The notes: generated from the sequence alone by a model not told the origin. A stretch of DNA of 64,000 bases from Flavobacteriales bacterium (GCA_040377305.1 JBEIPA010000009.1:32001-96000), one strand, 5' to 3'. Shown: positions 31,707-42,609, counted from the first letter of the stretch. Program-made: numbers and translations.

Positions 31707-32063
31707 TCAGTAGTTGTCCGATCGTCCCTTGATGATCGTTGTATAGAGATCGGCGCTTTTATCTGAAGGTGGGTGCACGAATGCCACGCCGTAAATTTCT
31801 CTTTCGAAAAGATGACTTGCAAGGTCATTACGTCGCAGTTTTCTTCCGTCTTGCAGTGTGTTGGGAATCTGTTTTTCTTCACCGAGCGTATCAAGATAAA
31901 CCGCCCAGGGGTGTAGTTCCGTATACAAATGCCCCCATACCGTTTCGTGCCTTTTCCATTCTGGAGCTATTCCTTCCATTGCGAGTTCAGCTTTTGAAGC
32001 TCCCACACGATCAACCCCACCGGTCGCAAAAATCACTGTGTAAAGGGTTGCATATTCCATCAC
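31707..32063 (-). CDS. Hypothetical protein
   Basis: Plausible composition; co-oriented. Confidence 0.5.
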   Translation of the reverse strand: MMEYATLYTVIFATGGVDRVGASKAELAMEGIAPEWKRHETVWGHLYTELHPWAVYLDTLGEEKQIPNTLQDGRKLRRNDLASHLFEREIYGVAFVHPPSDKSADLYTTIIKGRSDNY

Positions 32064-32127
32064 CGCAATCTATGGTAGCGTTTTCAGGAAGTCAGACTAA
32101 GAAATTTAGGTAAGTGTTAAAATCGGA

Positions 32128-33282
32128 TTAGCGAACGACAATAATCTTCTGTACGATGTGCTCACCGTTTGGTCTGGTCAAAATGCAGACATACATTGCT
32201 TCGGTTAGTGTGTAAGCAAACATGTCATTCTGATAGTCGTCGGCAGCGAAAATTAATCTACCGCGCACATCAAACAATTCCACCCGAGAATCGGATTCCA
32301 ATCCAGTAATAAATAAAAACTGGTCGTTGTACAGCAAACTCGGAATGATAATGGAAGATGCGCTATGGCAGTCTTTGTTAACGGTTACTGTTACCGTATC
32401 GTAGTTAACAGCACCACACTCAAACTGCGACAAAATATACGTCGTGGTTTCGCTAGGACTACACATCGGATTTGCAATTCCGTCATCACTTAATCCAGTC
32501 GAAGGCGACCACAAATACATAACATTGGCTTGTGGAGTAGTTCCAATGCTTGCACTGTCCAAATAACAAATTGAAACATCGTTGCCAGCGTTCACTTCCT
32601 CAAGTTCATAAATGGCAACGTCATCAATGTAAAAGTATGCCCACATCCACGAATTCGGTTGTGCAATGGTATCCGTTTGATCGTCTGCATAAAAATTTCC
32701 AATCGTGATGAATTGTTCGTTGCCATTTGCTCTGTAGGTCCCGTGAATTCTCACCCAGTTCATTGTGTCTGTAAAGATTGTTGCAGTATCGTATTGAATC
32801 TGTGGTGTTGCTGTAAGTGTATCAATGGCTAAGTTGTCTATAATCGCTTGAGCTGATAAATGAAGTCCAAGTCGGTTGATTGCCCAGTAGGAACTATCAG
32901 CTCGTGAAGCATAAAACTCAACACAGTACAATTTCCCGAATTTGAGTGTATCGGTAAGTTGAACCGTTAAATATTCCCTTCTATTATCTAGACCATTGTA
33001 AGTGTAGTTGTATGCCGCTATTCCCGCGTAACCATCTCCCGTTCTTGGTTGTTGATAGCCCGTCCAGTTTTGCGGAACAGTATTCACAATAACAGAAGAG
33101 CATCTGTTGTATAAATCAGATGACCCCGGATTTGGTTGAAACCACGGCGAAGCAAATGCAAGTTGATCTTGCATGTACGGACACGTATCAATTAGTTCAA
33201 AGCTTGGATTAGGGACAAGATTGACCTGACCACTTAAGGTGGTTCGCATGATTACAATACTAAGAATCAGCAGGTATCTCAC
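32128..33282 (-). CDS. T9SS-sorted protein with a CBM-like (NPSFE...YIDDV) domain
   Basis: Signal peptide; NLVPNPSFE, REYL, FITIGNF and YIDDV; CTD-like end FDVRGR...MYVC. Confidence 0.8.
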   Translation of the reverse strand: MRYLLILSIVIMRTTLSGQVNLVPNPSFELIDTCPYMQDQLAFASPWFQPNPGSSDLYNRCSSVIVNTVPQNWTGYQQPRTGDGYAGIAAYNYTYNGLDNRREYLTVQLTDTLKFGKLYCVEFYASRADSSYWAINRLGLHLSAQAIIDNLAIDTLTATPQIQYDTATIFTDTMNWVRIHGTYRANGNEQFITIGNFYADDQTDTIAQPNSWMWAYFYIDDVAIYELEEVNAGNDVSICYLDSASIGTTPQANVMYLWSPSTGLSDDGIANPMCSPSETTTYILSQFECGAVNYDTVTVTVNKDCHSASSIIIPSLLYNDQFLFITGLESDSRVELFDVRGRLIFAADDYQNDMFAYTLTEAMYVCILTRPNGEHIVQKIIVVR

Positions 33283-33335
33283 TCTCTCAAAGATAAGGAA
33301 ACCTGCCCCGACTGTAGGAGCAGGTTTCCAATCAA

Positions 33336-36300
33336 CTATTCTCTAACAATTACCATTCGATCAGACTTAAGCATTTCTCCTTGAGTGCGTACGCAATATA
33401 TATACGTTCCAGAAGGAAGATAAGATGCATCGAAGGTGTAGACACCTTGACCACCTACAAACTGCCACGAGCCAACTAATCGACCAGTTAAGTCTACGAC
33501 GTCAAACGTTCCGCTTTGACCTTCGTTAAGTTCCATGTTGATTGACACAGAGCCATTCGAAGGATTTGGGTAAACGTGTGAGACAACCGGAGCAATGTAA
33601 GTAGTAGACGGCTGTTGAAGACGAACCGCGCTGCTGTCATGCACTTCAAGATGCAACATGTTTCTCGCATCGAATACTGCAGTGCCGCCGACCAGCGTGC
33701 CTTGATTGACAATTGCCATGAGTGTGGCTTCCTGCGTTGAATCAAGATTCATGCTGTCGATCGCCCATGTCTGCAAGTAAATATTCAATACAGCTTTACG
33801 ATTTACTTCAAACTCGCCGCTCGCCGTGATCGATGCTAAAAGTGTTATTGCGTTAGCAACACTTCCTGCACTGATTGAATCTTCAACATCTGCAAACTTG
33901 CCAATGTTTGTGCTCGACTCTGTGTTGTAGAAGTTCAAATAATAATTATTTTCTTTTGAACCACCTGTTCTCCATGATGGATGTTGTCTCAACATTCGGT
34001 AGGCATACACTTTGTCATGATACACATACTGCGCATTCAAAGTATCATACGTGCGTGGTGTCTTGCAGATACCGGACAGAGTATAATTGCGAATTCCCAG
34101 ATCATCTTGCGCCGGTGGCGCTAACATTTGCGAACACTGATCGCCATTGCCTGTGTATGTTGCTGCGTTCCCTAACAAACTACCCGGAAATACCGAGCTG
34201 ACGTCTGGGCTGGACGAAGTATAGTACCACTTAATGCCTGCGGCACTAACAGGGAGTATTCGTCCCGTAATGTCTTCGCTTGCTGTAGTCGTCCAAGTAT
34301 TTCCAGTCGAATACGGTGTCAGTGCAGTAGTCCAAGTTATCTGATCGTTGATGGAAACGCCGGCACCATATCCATTCAGGTAATTGAAATTCACGCCATA
34401 AAAACATGTTGTCATTGCATTGCATGCTAGTATGGATGGATTGCAAGCTCCCTTTAAGAAAATTCCACTGCCCATTTTCGTCAGAATGTTTTTGCAAACC
34501 GTATCATTCTTACAATTGGTCATGTGAATTCCGAACACTTCATCGTGATAAGCAGAAGTAGGAGTTGTTGCCCATGTCACTGTATTCTCCCGCACCATAG
34601 AGTTTGTGAGTTCTTCGAGTTTTATGCCGATGCACGGGTTTAACTGTGACATTGGTTGACCAGTCATAAACGAAATTGAATCGTTGTCGGTGATCTTCGC
34701 TCCATCAACTCTACTCACCCAAATTCCGTTACGCATCTTGCGCACCTTGTTATTCTGAATTTTTAGAGTAACAGGTGTGATTGCAGATTGAACAACATAG
34801 ATTCCTGTGTGACCAAAATTTGATAGCGCAAAGTTTCCGGTATTGTTGATCAAATTGTTGGTGATCGTAATCGAGGAACTTGTTGACTGCACGCACTGAA
34901 TGTTTGTTCCTGTGCACTCCGTCAATGTGTCCTGATTAATCAGGATCGTCCTGTTCTGACAATTCATGGTCGTAATTCCAGCGGTCATACATGAATCAAA
35001 GCGATTGTATTCACAATTCAGATTGATGTAGTTATAGGCATACGTACCATAACTGCATTTTGTGAATTTGTTTTTCGCTTTGTATCCACCTTGTCTTCCA
35101 ACCGTGCACGTTTTCGGCGTGAACTTACCTGCTACTAAGTAAACGGCAATACCATTCGGCGGAACATTTTTGGTCAAGATAGTCGTTGTAAAATATTTGA
35201 AATCGTTGTTCCAAACTTTCACATTTGATCCGGTCGAATAAACGCCATACTGTGTGCGCTCAAATAGGTTTCGCTTTGTACTGCTCGAACTATCTCCCAC
35301 AATGAATGAGTTACAGTTTTCGATATATACACCTGCCAGACCTTTACCACTTACTGGAGCGCGACAATTCGCACCCGCAAACGTAATTCCGGTGGTTGCC
35401 CCTTGTTGACCCGGTGCGTCACATGCAAAAATTGTTTTTGCGATGATGCCGGGATGCGTTCCACTATAGGTTTTGACAAGTACGCCAATATTGTTTTTGT
35501 TGAACTTACAAGTACCCGTACCACCGTCAATCAAGAAGTCGCCGCCATTGGTTGATACAAGTGCATTCTTGGCATCTTCAATCACGGTTCCGTTAGTAAC
35601 CGTAACCTTACTGGCGCTGTTCGTACCATCTACATAGATTCCATCCCACAAGTCAGAACATGCATGAAGCTTGGAATTAGTGCTAGCTGTATCAGTAAAC
35701 TCCAATTTTATTCCGGGTCTAACGATAATTTTTGCATTCGGCCCGAGCTTTATATGACATCCTTTGAATCGTGTATTCTTGTCGACGATAAAAACTCCGT
35801 TGATAGAAAACTCTTTCAAACCTGTTTCATAATATTGGTTAGAAGTGTTGTACCAGAACAACGAAGGATATGTTGTTGCGTCAACACGTGTAGTGCTATC
35901 ATTTACCAAATTCGGAAACGACAACTCCTGACCATCCTTGAACGGACAGCATGAAGGCACAATCAAATACGCGCTGCCTTGACAGCCACTTCCATCGACG
36001 ACTGAAACTGAAACGTTTCCGTTAATTCCAGTCGTATCAAAAGGAGAACCCCAACATGCATTGAGCGTTGATGTTGAACCGCCTGATGAACTGACCGCAT
36101 TGGTTGACCATGAGTATGTAGAATAGCCAGTTGCCGTTGTAAAATTAAAACAGCCCGCGCAGGTGGTCGCGCCCGATGGCGCAACAATATTTACTGTAAG
36201 CGGTGTAACCGTCACAGTCATAGTATCCTTTCGACTACAACCCGTTGTTGTGTTGGTGATCGTGTAAACGTACTGTGTGGTTGTTGTCGGACTGACGACA

Positions 36301-37790
36301 GTTGTGGAACAACCTGAACATAACGTCGAGCCGTTAAGAATTGCCCAAGAAGAACTGTTGTATGTTCCCGTCCCTGAACCTAACAACGTTGCAGATCCTC
36401 CAAGACAAATATTCTGATTCGTTCCTGCATTTACCGTAAGCGGATTTGTTGCAGGAGAAAATACAAATGTGTTGGTGATTGTACAACCAGTAAACACCGT
36501 ACTAGTGATCGTATACGTTGTAGAAGAGCTGTATGCATTTGAAAATGTTGCCTGCGTACAGTTTGGTGGATTCACACAAGGCATCGTTCCTTGTGAAGGA
36601 GTCCAAGTGCTGGTATTAATGCCTCCACTAGTTGTTGTTATAGACAGCGTTACCGGCATGTTCAGGCATGCACCCGCAGGTGAAGCAGCGACTGTAATTA
36701 TCGGTTCGGCGACAATGGAGACATCATCAATATAGTAGTATGCAAAATCGTTGAATTGACTTGTTCCATCAGCAGGCGTGTGTGCTTGTACCGGCAAATT
36801 GGAGTAAGCACCTATAGTAATGTACTGTTCACCCCCCGTCGCTATGAAGGTGCCCGAAATTTGAACCCATCCGGCGTCTTGAGATATTATACTGGTTTGA
36901 AGAATCTGCGGGGTAACAGGAAGCGCATTCCAACAACTTTGTGATGGAACTGTACTGGAAATATAAGCACCTAAATTTCCAACAGCGTATCCCGAATTCT
37001 CAGCTAAACTCACCCAAAAAGAAACACGATACTGCCATCCTGCGGTTAAGGTCATTGCAGTTTTTCCCACCACATATTCACGATAGGTCGGACAGGCCGG
37101 TGTGTAGGTAGAAGCTTGATGAGCGATTATTCCTGCATATCCACTTCCTGTGTGCGCACCTTCGGTTCCTGCAGGATTTGTCGGCACATCTGTTACTGTA
37201 CCGTTTGCATGAAATTGATCTGCAGAACCAGCATAAACGCCACCTCCAACATTGCCCCAACAGTAGACGTTATTGATCTGGCTCCAATTGTTCGGATCAG
37301 CAGAACGATTTTCGAAGCTGTTGTTGCACACATACTCGCACCCGCTGTTATAACAAGTTGTACAAGTCAGAGAGAAAATGCTATTAATAAAAGCTAAACC
37401 ATAACTAACTGAACCCGTACCGGCTTTCGTGATCTTCAAGTAATAGGTATTTGAAATGGTAAGTCCGCTGTAATCAATTGCCTCGCCGTAATGCTCCTTG
37501 CGCGATGTATCGCGAAGAACTAATCCGGTACACGTTCCAGAATAAAGCCACATTTGTCTGTAGCCAGTGCTAGAGGTTAACAATTGAATCTCACCATCTG
37601 TTCGCGTAGCCGTGAACTTGTACCAAATTGCGGTGTCGGATGCTGATAGAGAATGGTTGCTATAAGTATCAGAAATATTTGTTGCGCTTCCGCATGTTGT
37701 CTGTGACCAAACTAACTGTGGCAATAGCCAGGAAAGTAGGCACAGTAACAAGACGCGCATTTTTAGAAAAGGGTTGTGCGTTTTAAACAT
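33336..37790 (-). CDS. Large T9SS-secreted surface protein (CBM-like, Ig-like and parallel beta-helix regions)
   Basis: 1484 aa; signal peptide; Asn/Gly-rich beta-helix repeats; C-terminal VYPNP...DLTGR...GTYIY. Confidence 0.85.
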   Translation of the reverse strand: MFKTHNPFLKMRVLLLCLLSWLLPQLVWSQTTCGSATNISDTYSNHSLSASDTAIWYKFTATRTDGEIQLLTSSTGYRQMWLYSGTCTGLVLRDTSRKEHYGEAIDYSGLTISNTYYLKITKAGTGSVSYGLAFINSIFSLTCTTCYNSGCEYVCNNSFENRSADPNNWSQINNVYCWGNVGGGVYAGSADQFHANGTVTDVPTNPAGTEGAHTGSGYAGIIAHQASTYTPACPTYREYVVGKTAMTLTAGWQYRVSFWVSLAENSGYAVGNLGAYISSTVPSQSCWNALPVTPQILQTSIISQDAGWVQISGTFIATGGEQYITIGAYSNLPVQAHTPADGTSQFNDFAYYYIDDVSIVAEPIITVAASPAGACLNMPVTLSITTTSGGINTSTWTPSQGTMPCVNPPNCTQATFSNAYSSSTTYTITSTVFTGCTITNTFVFSPATNPLTVNAGTNQNICLGGSATLLGSGTGTYNSSSWAILNGSTLCSGCSTTVVSPTTTTQYVYTITNTTTGCSRKDTMTVTVTPLTVNIVAPSGATTCAGCFNFTTATGYSTYSWSTNAVSSSGGSTSTLNACWGSPFDTTGINGNVSVSVVDGSGCQGSAYLIVPSCCPFKDGQELSFPNLVNDSTTRVDATTYPSLFWYNTSNQYYETGLKEFSINGVFIVDKNTRFKGCHIKLGPNAKIIVRPGIKLEFTDTASTNSKLHACSDLWDGIYVDGTNSASKVTVTNGTVIEDAKNALVSTNGGDFLIDGGTGTCKFNKNNIGVLVKTYSGTHPGIIAKTIFACDAPGQQGATTGITFAGANCRAPVSGKGLAGVYIENCNSFIVGDSSSSTKRNLFERTQYGVYSTGSNVKVWNNDFKYFTTTILTKNVPPNGIAVYLVAGKFTPKTCTVGRQGGYKAKNKFTKCSYGTYAYNYINLNCEYNRFDSCMTAGITTMNCQNRTILINQDTLTECTGTNIQCVQSTSSSITITNNLINNTGNFALSNFGHTGIYVVQSAITPVTLKIQNNKVRKMRNGIWVSRVDGAKITDNDSISFMTGQPMSQLNPCIGIKLEELTNSMVRENTVTWATTPTSAYHDEVFGIHMTNCKNDTVCKNILTKMGSGIFLKGACNPSILACNAMTTCFYGVNFNYLNGYGAGVSINDQITWTTALTPYSTGNTWTTTASEDITGRILPVSAAGIKWYYTSSSPDVSSVFPGSLLGNAATYTGNGDQCSQMLAPPAQDDLGIRNYTLSGICKTPRTYDTLNAQYVYHDKVYAYRMLRQHPSWRTGGSKENNYYLNFYNTESSTNIGKFADVEDSISAGSVANAITLLASITASGEFEVNRKAVLNIYLQTWAIDSMNLDSTQEATLMAIVNQGTLVGGTAVFDARNMLHLEVHDSSAVRLQQPSTTYIAPVVSHVYPNPSNGSVSINMELNEGQSGTFDVVDLTGRLVGSWQFVGGQGVYTFDASYLPSGTYIYCVRTQGEMLKSDRMVIVRE

Positions 37791-38285
37791 TGTTTGTGTT
37801 TTTAAAAGTGATAATTGCTTAAAGAATTCTGTCAGTTTTGTGACGGGGTGTTTCCCGTTCAGTGTTGATATAAAATGTTATTCATTACCCCTCAACGACT
37901 CATCCCTCAGCGATCGAGATGGCGCAATGGTATACGCACAGCGATTCAGCTCCTTGCATGATCACAAGCTGGAACTCTGTAATTGTCTTACACGATGTTT
38001 CGTACGATCTCTCGACACTATTCAGCGGCACGGTCTTAAAATGTGACACAAGCTGAGATTAGCGGGAATTCGCCGCACCCATACACTTATGTCGTCAAAG
38101 CCTTCCGCGAGGGGGAGTGCAGAATCTCTGACTAGAGATGATTTAGAATGTTCCGCAATGTAATGCGGAACCTATGGCGAATGCAAGGAAACTTTATCAA
38201 CGCGTTAACAAGTCCAACAACTGGTGTTCTTTTGCGTATTCGCGGCATATTAACGCACGTGTAATGGTCTTATTGCCCAATCGCG

Positions 38286-38699
38286 TTATTTCTGACTCAT
38301 TCGATATTCAAAGATTCCGCTACTTTCCTCAATGGAAAACCAGAGTTCTTTTCCCTTGAGTCGCATTATCTTCATAACGGTCGCATCGGAATTATCATTC
38401 GGAGTGAGAACCATATCTTCTTTATCACTTGCGAATCTCCACGTCCCGGTTTGTGCAGATGATGTACCATAGCTCGCTATATATTCACCGTCTTTGGTGA
38501 ACTCAATGCTATTGTTTGCAAACTGAGCCGTGATATTCGTCCCATTTGGTGCGACGACTTGATCGTACTGCCATTCATTGGCGACGCGCGCCTTCTTAGA
38601 GCGCAAGCTTAGAGTAGGACCGTCTTCGTACTTTTTGCAGGAGAAAGTAAATGCGGCCAGAAGAATCGCGATCGCTCCGAGGATGTGTTTAGTTTTCAT
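38286..38699 (-). CDS. Lipocalin-like lipoprotein
   Basis: Lipobox FSC-KK; NEW, IEFTKDG and GTW motifs. Confidence 0.75.
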   Translation of the reverse strand: MKTKHILGAIAILLAAFTFSCKKYEDGPTLSLRSKKARVANEWQYDQVVAPNGTNITAQFANNSIEFTKDGEYIASYGTSSAQTGTWRFASDKEDMVLTPNDNSDATVMKIMRLKGKELWFSIEESSGIFEYRMSQK

Positions 38700-38718
38700 G
38701 ATTGTTGGGTTTGGTTGT

Positions 38719-39270
38719 TTAAAAAACAATTTGAGTGCAGCCGCCATTTGTTACGGTGACCGTTCCGCTCCATGTACCGGTACCAGGAGATTGTTCCTGT
38801 GCAGTGTACGAATATGTTCCTTCTTCTAAATGGAATGGATAGCCACTCATGCAGCCAGTTGGCTGACCATTGAACGGCGAGAGTGGCGCAGGAGCTTCTC
38901 CTTGAAGATTGAGGATAATGAAATGCGATGCGCCCGAATTCCAGAACACGGCATATCCATCACCGAGTACGTGGATTGTCGTTTGTGATTCATCCTCTTT
39001 CCGACCATTCTCTGAGAAGGCGGTCATTGTCACTGTGTAAGTTCCTGCATTGCTATATCCATGTTCTGGGCTTGCCATTGTTGAAGTAATCCCATCCCCA
39101 AAGTCCCATTCATAAGTAGTTGCTTCGGTCGAGCAATTAGTGAAAGAGTATTCATAATTGCCAAGTGCAGGGTTTTCGTCTTCGTAGTCAAAACAAGCAA
39201 CAGGTTGCTTCTGACACGAGGAAAGCGCGATCGCGCTCCCGATGATCGTCGTAACAAAGTGTGTTTTCAT
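38719..39270 (-). CDS. PKD-domain lipoprotein
   Basis: Lipobox SSC; YEWDFGDG...GTYTVTM. Confidence 0.85.
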   Translation of the reverse strand: MKTHFVTTIIGSAIALSSCQKQPVACFDYEDENPALGNYEYSFTNCSTEATTYEWDFGDGITSTMASPEHGYSNAGTYTVTMTAFSENGRKEDESQTTIHVLGDGYAVFWNSGASHFIILNLQGEAPAPLSPFNGQPTGCMSGYPFHLEEGTYSYTAQEQSPGTGTWSGTVTVTNGGCTQIVF

Positions 39271-39368
39271 GGGTTTTGGCTCAAATAGACGGATAAATAT
39301 ATCAATTTATTATATAAATGACAGATATATCTGTCATTAGTGTTCGGCGTACGAGAGACTTTTATCCT

Positions 39369-39608
39369 GTGAAGACGGATAAAAAGCTACGTTCATTCTT
39401 GAGAAAACTCGGTCGCAGGATACGAGAGCTCAGAAAAGCACAGGAAATTTCGCAGGATCAACTTGCGTATGAGTCCGGGCTGCAGCGTGTAACAATTGGA
39501 GCAATTGAGCGAGGAGAGCAAAATCCCACGACTGAAACATTACTCAACATTTCTTCAGCACTGAATGTGGAAGTGCGCGACTTGTTTGACTTTGATGGGT
39601 TGAAATAA
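39369..39608 (+). CDS. XRE/Cro-CI HTH transcriptional regulator
   Basis: LGRRIRELRK...SQDQLA...IERGEQNP. GTG start at 39369 (or ATG at 39318). Confidence 0.88.
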   Translation: MKTDKKLRSFLRKLGRRIRELRKAQEISQDQLAYESGLQRVTIGAIERGEQNPTTETLLNISSALNVEVRDLFDFDGLK

Positions 39609-40055
39609 AAGTGATCGTCCCGCAATATCAGTTCTTGGAAAACTCCGACCACAATACCGTCTCCTCATATCCCTTCTCGCACATCTTGTAGTCCGAAGGA
39701 AATAACAAAGCATGGCACGAGCAAATGTAGCCTGTGTCCTCATGCGCGACCGTTAAGTCGAATAGCGTTCGTCCGCAATTAGTGCACTCTGGATATTGCT
39801 TTGTTTCCATTCTAACTGTAAAGATAATCTATTATGGTTTCACGTTTAGAACAAAATCAGAAGCGCCTTTCTTCCAATTAGAATAGAGGCGCTTCGTTTC
39901 TCCAGAGGGGATCTAGATTTTTTGACATCACTAAATTAGGTGCGGCGACAAATGCTAGCCATTTGTAACCGGATAGTTTTCCAAAAGATATTCATATCTA
40001 AAAAGCACATGTCAGATAATTGAATTACTATTATCAATAATCAAAATTCAAGCAC

Positions 40056-40847
40056 ATGGAAGCGGAAAATCACAAAGAATGGCTGGTACGATCAGCAAAT
40101 TACTTCCGTACGCTCCGAGAACAGTTCTTTACTGAAGATGCTCGGAAGCGGAGTCGAACACTCTTAATTCTATCAATCTTAGTTATCGCACTTACACAAG
40201 GACTGATGACAGTGAACACCAAGCAAATTGATGTATTCGGGCTGTTGTTCGCAACGGAGAAAGCCTGGATCATCATTTCATTCCTAGGCATCTCTGCACT
40301 ATATCTGATTGTCGTGCAAATCGTGGAAATCACTAACGATGTTCGTCAGTGGAGATTGAAGGTGCTCATTCTTAATCTTAGTCCAGAGAGTCCCGTGCGT
40401 GAGTTGGAGAAAGTAGCCAGGGAGAACGGGACGTTACTCGATGCCGTATTGGCAGGAATAGAAAGCGACCGCGAATTGCGCAAGGCCAAACATGCCGAGC
40501 TTCGGCTTGATGATCCTCTAAAGCGAACATCGCTTGAAGGAAGAACTCTAGATGAGATGGAAGAAATTATTGAGGAGGAAAACGAATCTGATCGGGAACG
40601 AAGGAAACGATATGAAGAGTACTATGATTTTTGCAAGACGCTCAGCACCGGAGCGGATGAGCGGGTCAAAGAGCTTAATGACAGAATGCAGATCACGACT
40701 GAGATGAGCACGCTTTTCGGAGTGCAGTTTTCGCGGGTGCGAATTCTTTTTTATTTCCGAGTCGGTGAGATGATTGCTGGTTGTCTACTTGGCATCTTCG
40801 CGGTTTTCTCATACCTATATTACGTAGTCCCAATGATACGTGGATAA
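40056..40847 (+). CDS. Membrane protein (TM, coiled-coil, TM), hypothetical
   Basis: Two N-terminal TMs, a charged helical middle and one C-terminal TM. Confidence 0.7.
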   Translation: MEAENHKEWLVRSANYFRTLREQFFTEDARKRSRTLLILSILVIALTQGLMTVNTKQIDVFGLLFATEKAWIIISFLGISALYLIVVQIVEITNDVRQWRLKVLILNLSPESPVRELEKVARENGTLLDAVLAGIESDRELRKAKHAELRLDDPLKRTSLEGRTLDEMEEIIEEENESDRERRKRYEEYYDFCKTLSTGADERVKELNDRMQITTEMSTLFGVQFSRVRILFYFRVGEMIAGCLLGIFAVFSYLYYVVPMIRG

Positions 40848-40894
40848 CAGGGTAGAATTCACTAGTATTGTTAGAACGATCAATCACTAACCGC

Positions 40895-41554
40895 ATGAAA
40901 TATCTCCTCCCTTTAACCGCACTCGCATTTGTTTTGTTATCCGGTGCGCAAGTTGTCGAAGACGAAAAGGACAACAAGCGGTGCGATAGTCAAAAGTTCG
41001 ATGGCGAAAAGCGCAAGAAAGCGAAGACAAGTATTGGTTCGGGTAAAGTAGAAGGTCCATACGAGTTTGATGCGTTCGTAACGTTCATCAACGCGCTTCC
41101 TCAAGAAGTGGAGATGGAAGATAAGACTGGGAAATATAAATTGAATCAAACAAGTAAACGTTGTAAGCCTGAGCAGCGGAATGTGAAAGTTATATGTTGG
41201 ATGTATACTTACGCACGAGAGAGCGACGAAGACTTTCATGTGATCTTCGGCGGAGATCCCGCAACTGATGATGGAACATATTTATCTGCAGAAATATCAG
41301 GTTTGCCAGGGAGCGCTGCAACGTCGTACAAGAAACTAAAAAAGGCACGAGCAGATTTCCTGACAATCATCGGGAAGGACGATTGGTGTCAGGGCTATTC
41401 GAAAGAATTGTACGACGCTCCCATCAAAGTCGAAATCGTCGGGAGCCTTTTCTTCGAAACCGAGCACGGGTGCAACTCATCCGGTCCGGCAGACTACAAA
41501 GCAAGCTCGTGTTGGGAAGTCCATCCGATCTCGAGCATAAAGAAAGCCCAATAG
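40895..41554 (+). CDS. Secreted protein with a putative OB-fold/metal-binding pattern
   Basis: Signal peptide; ESDEDFH, AEISG, GSLFFETEH and WEVHP. Confidence 0.65.
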   Translation: MKYLLPLTALAFVLLSGAQVVEDEKDNKRCDSQKFDGEKRKKAKTSIGSGKVEGPYEFDAFVTFINALPQEVEMEDKTGKYKLNQTSKRCKPEQRNVKVICWMYTYARESDEDFHVIFGGDPATDDGTYLSAEISGLPGSAATSYKKLKKARADFLTIIGKDDWCQGYSKELYDAPIKVEIVGSLFFETEHGCNSSGPADYKASSCWEVHPISSIKKAQ

Positions 41555-41631
41555 CAAAGAATAAATGGGGGCAGTGATGTCATCCAACCCAAGCAATTCT
41601 AAACCGACTCAAGCGAACAAGCGAAGCGTCT

Positions 41632-41728
41632 AATCATTCCGTCTGAAAGCCTAATGGACATTCAGCCGGAAAGGAAGGACGCATAAACGAGACCGCGCGA
41701 AGGCGCAGCGCGCAAGATTGCAAGTTGC
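41632..41728. repeat. About 100-bp imperfect direct repeat, copy 1
   Basis: aatcattccg..tgaaagcc...ccggaaag.aaggacgc...ataaacgagac.gcg.gaaggcgcagcg..caagattgcaagttgc is shared with 42610-42711. Confidence 0.85.
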
Positions 41729-41822
41729 ATGATAGCACTAAATAAAAACTCCGGTACGATTGCCGGAGTTAAATAATAAATAAGATGGGCTTCTAATCAT
41801 ATTACCTGACACTGCTGTTAAC

Positions 41823-42041
41823 CTATTTCTTATCGCCACGACTACCGTGGAAGATACTTCCGAATATACTGTTATCATATTCGTACGCAGTTGTTGTTCC
41901 ATCGCTGTGATGTTTTGCGATTTCAACACAAGGATCTGGGAAAAATAGATCGTTGTTGGCTTTGTACACATAAGAGGTTTCCCCATCGTCCGAAACCTCG
42001 CGATAATGATTTTTGTCAATCCAATGCTTGTCGCTACTCAT
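41823..42041 (-). CDS. 72-aa hypothetical protein
   Basis: Sequence reads GGAGGTGATT then ATG at 42041 (MSSDKHWID...). The ATG at 42053 is an alternative start. Confidence 0.65.
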   Translation of the reverse strand: MSSDKHWIDKNHYREVSDDGETSYVYKANNDLFFPDPCVEIAKHHSDGTTTAYEYDNSIFGSIFHGSRGDKK

Positions 42042-42609
42042 AATCACCTCCATATTTAAAGTTGACTCGATTTCCTCAGGACGAGCCCTGAACCCACTGC
42101 ATTTATCAGCCCTGCAGTTAAGCTTAAAAACAAAAAAAACCGGATGCCATCGATCAATGTGATCGTGGAATCCGGTTCTGTGCCAAGACGATGTTTAAAA
42201 AATCGTAATGAAAATTATGTCATATCACCATCGTCATTATTGGAACGTTTCCTCGAAGAACCGGTTCCATAAAATCCAATTTTTACTGCATATGAAATTT
42301 AGTACAACCGCCTTTATTATCCAAGTCTTTTTCAATAAAATCTCTACGGATAAAAAAGCGGCATCTCCTTTCGGAAATGCCGTCTAAGTTTCTTTCTATA
42401 TGACATATAATGTCGGCGAAATCGGTTCTTCGAGGAAACATTTCGCGTAGAAGAAACTTAAGAGTCTTTGAGCAGGATATACCACTTAACGCAGCTTGTC
42501 AAGGGATAAACGGAAGTATCCTGTTGAGAAAATCATTGATCATCACAACCGCAATAACTAACAAAACCGACTTTTTGGTTAAAATAAAGGACTAAACCCA
42601 AGCGCGCCC

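Noticed and set aside
27780-32063. Prophage
   Set aside because: There are replication-like and integrase genes, but no terminase, capsid, tail or lysis genes.
42036-42045. ACTCATAATC matching the tRNA anticodon-loop core, as a possible attR
   Set aside because: No tRNA 3' half follows. The match is explained by the start codon and SD of the minus-strand small gene.
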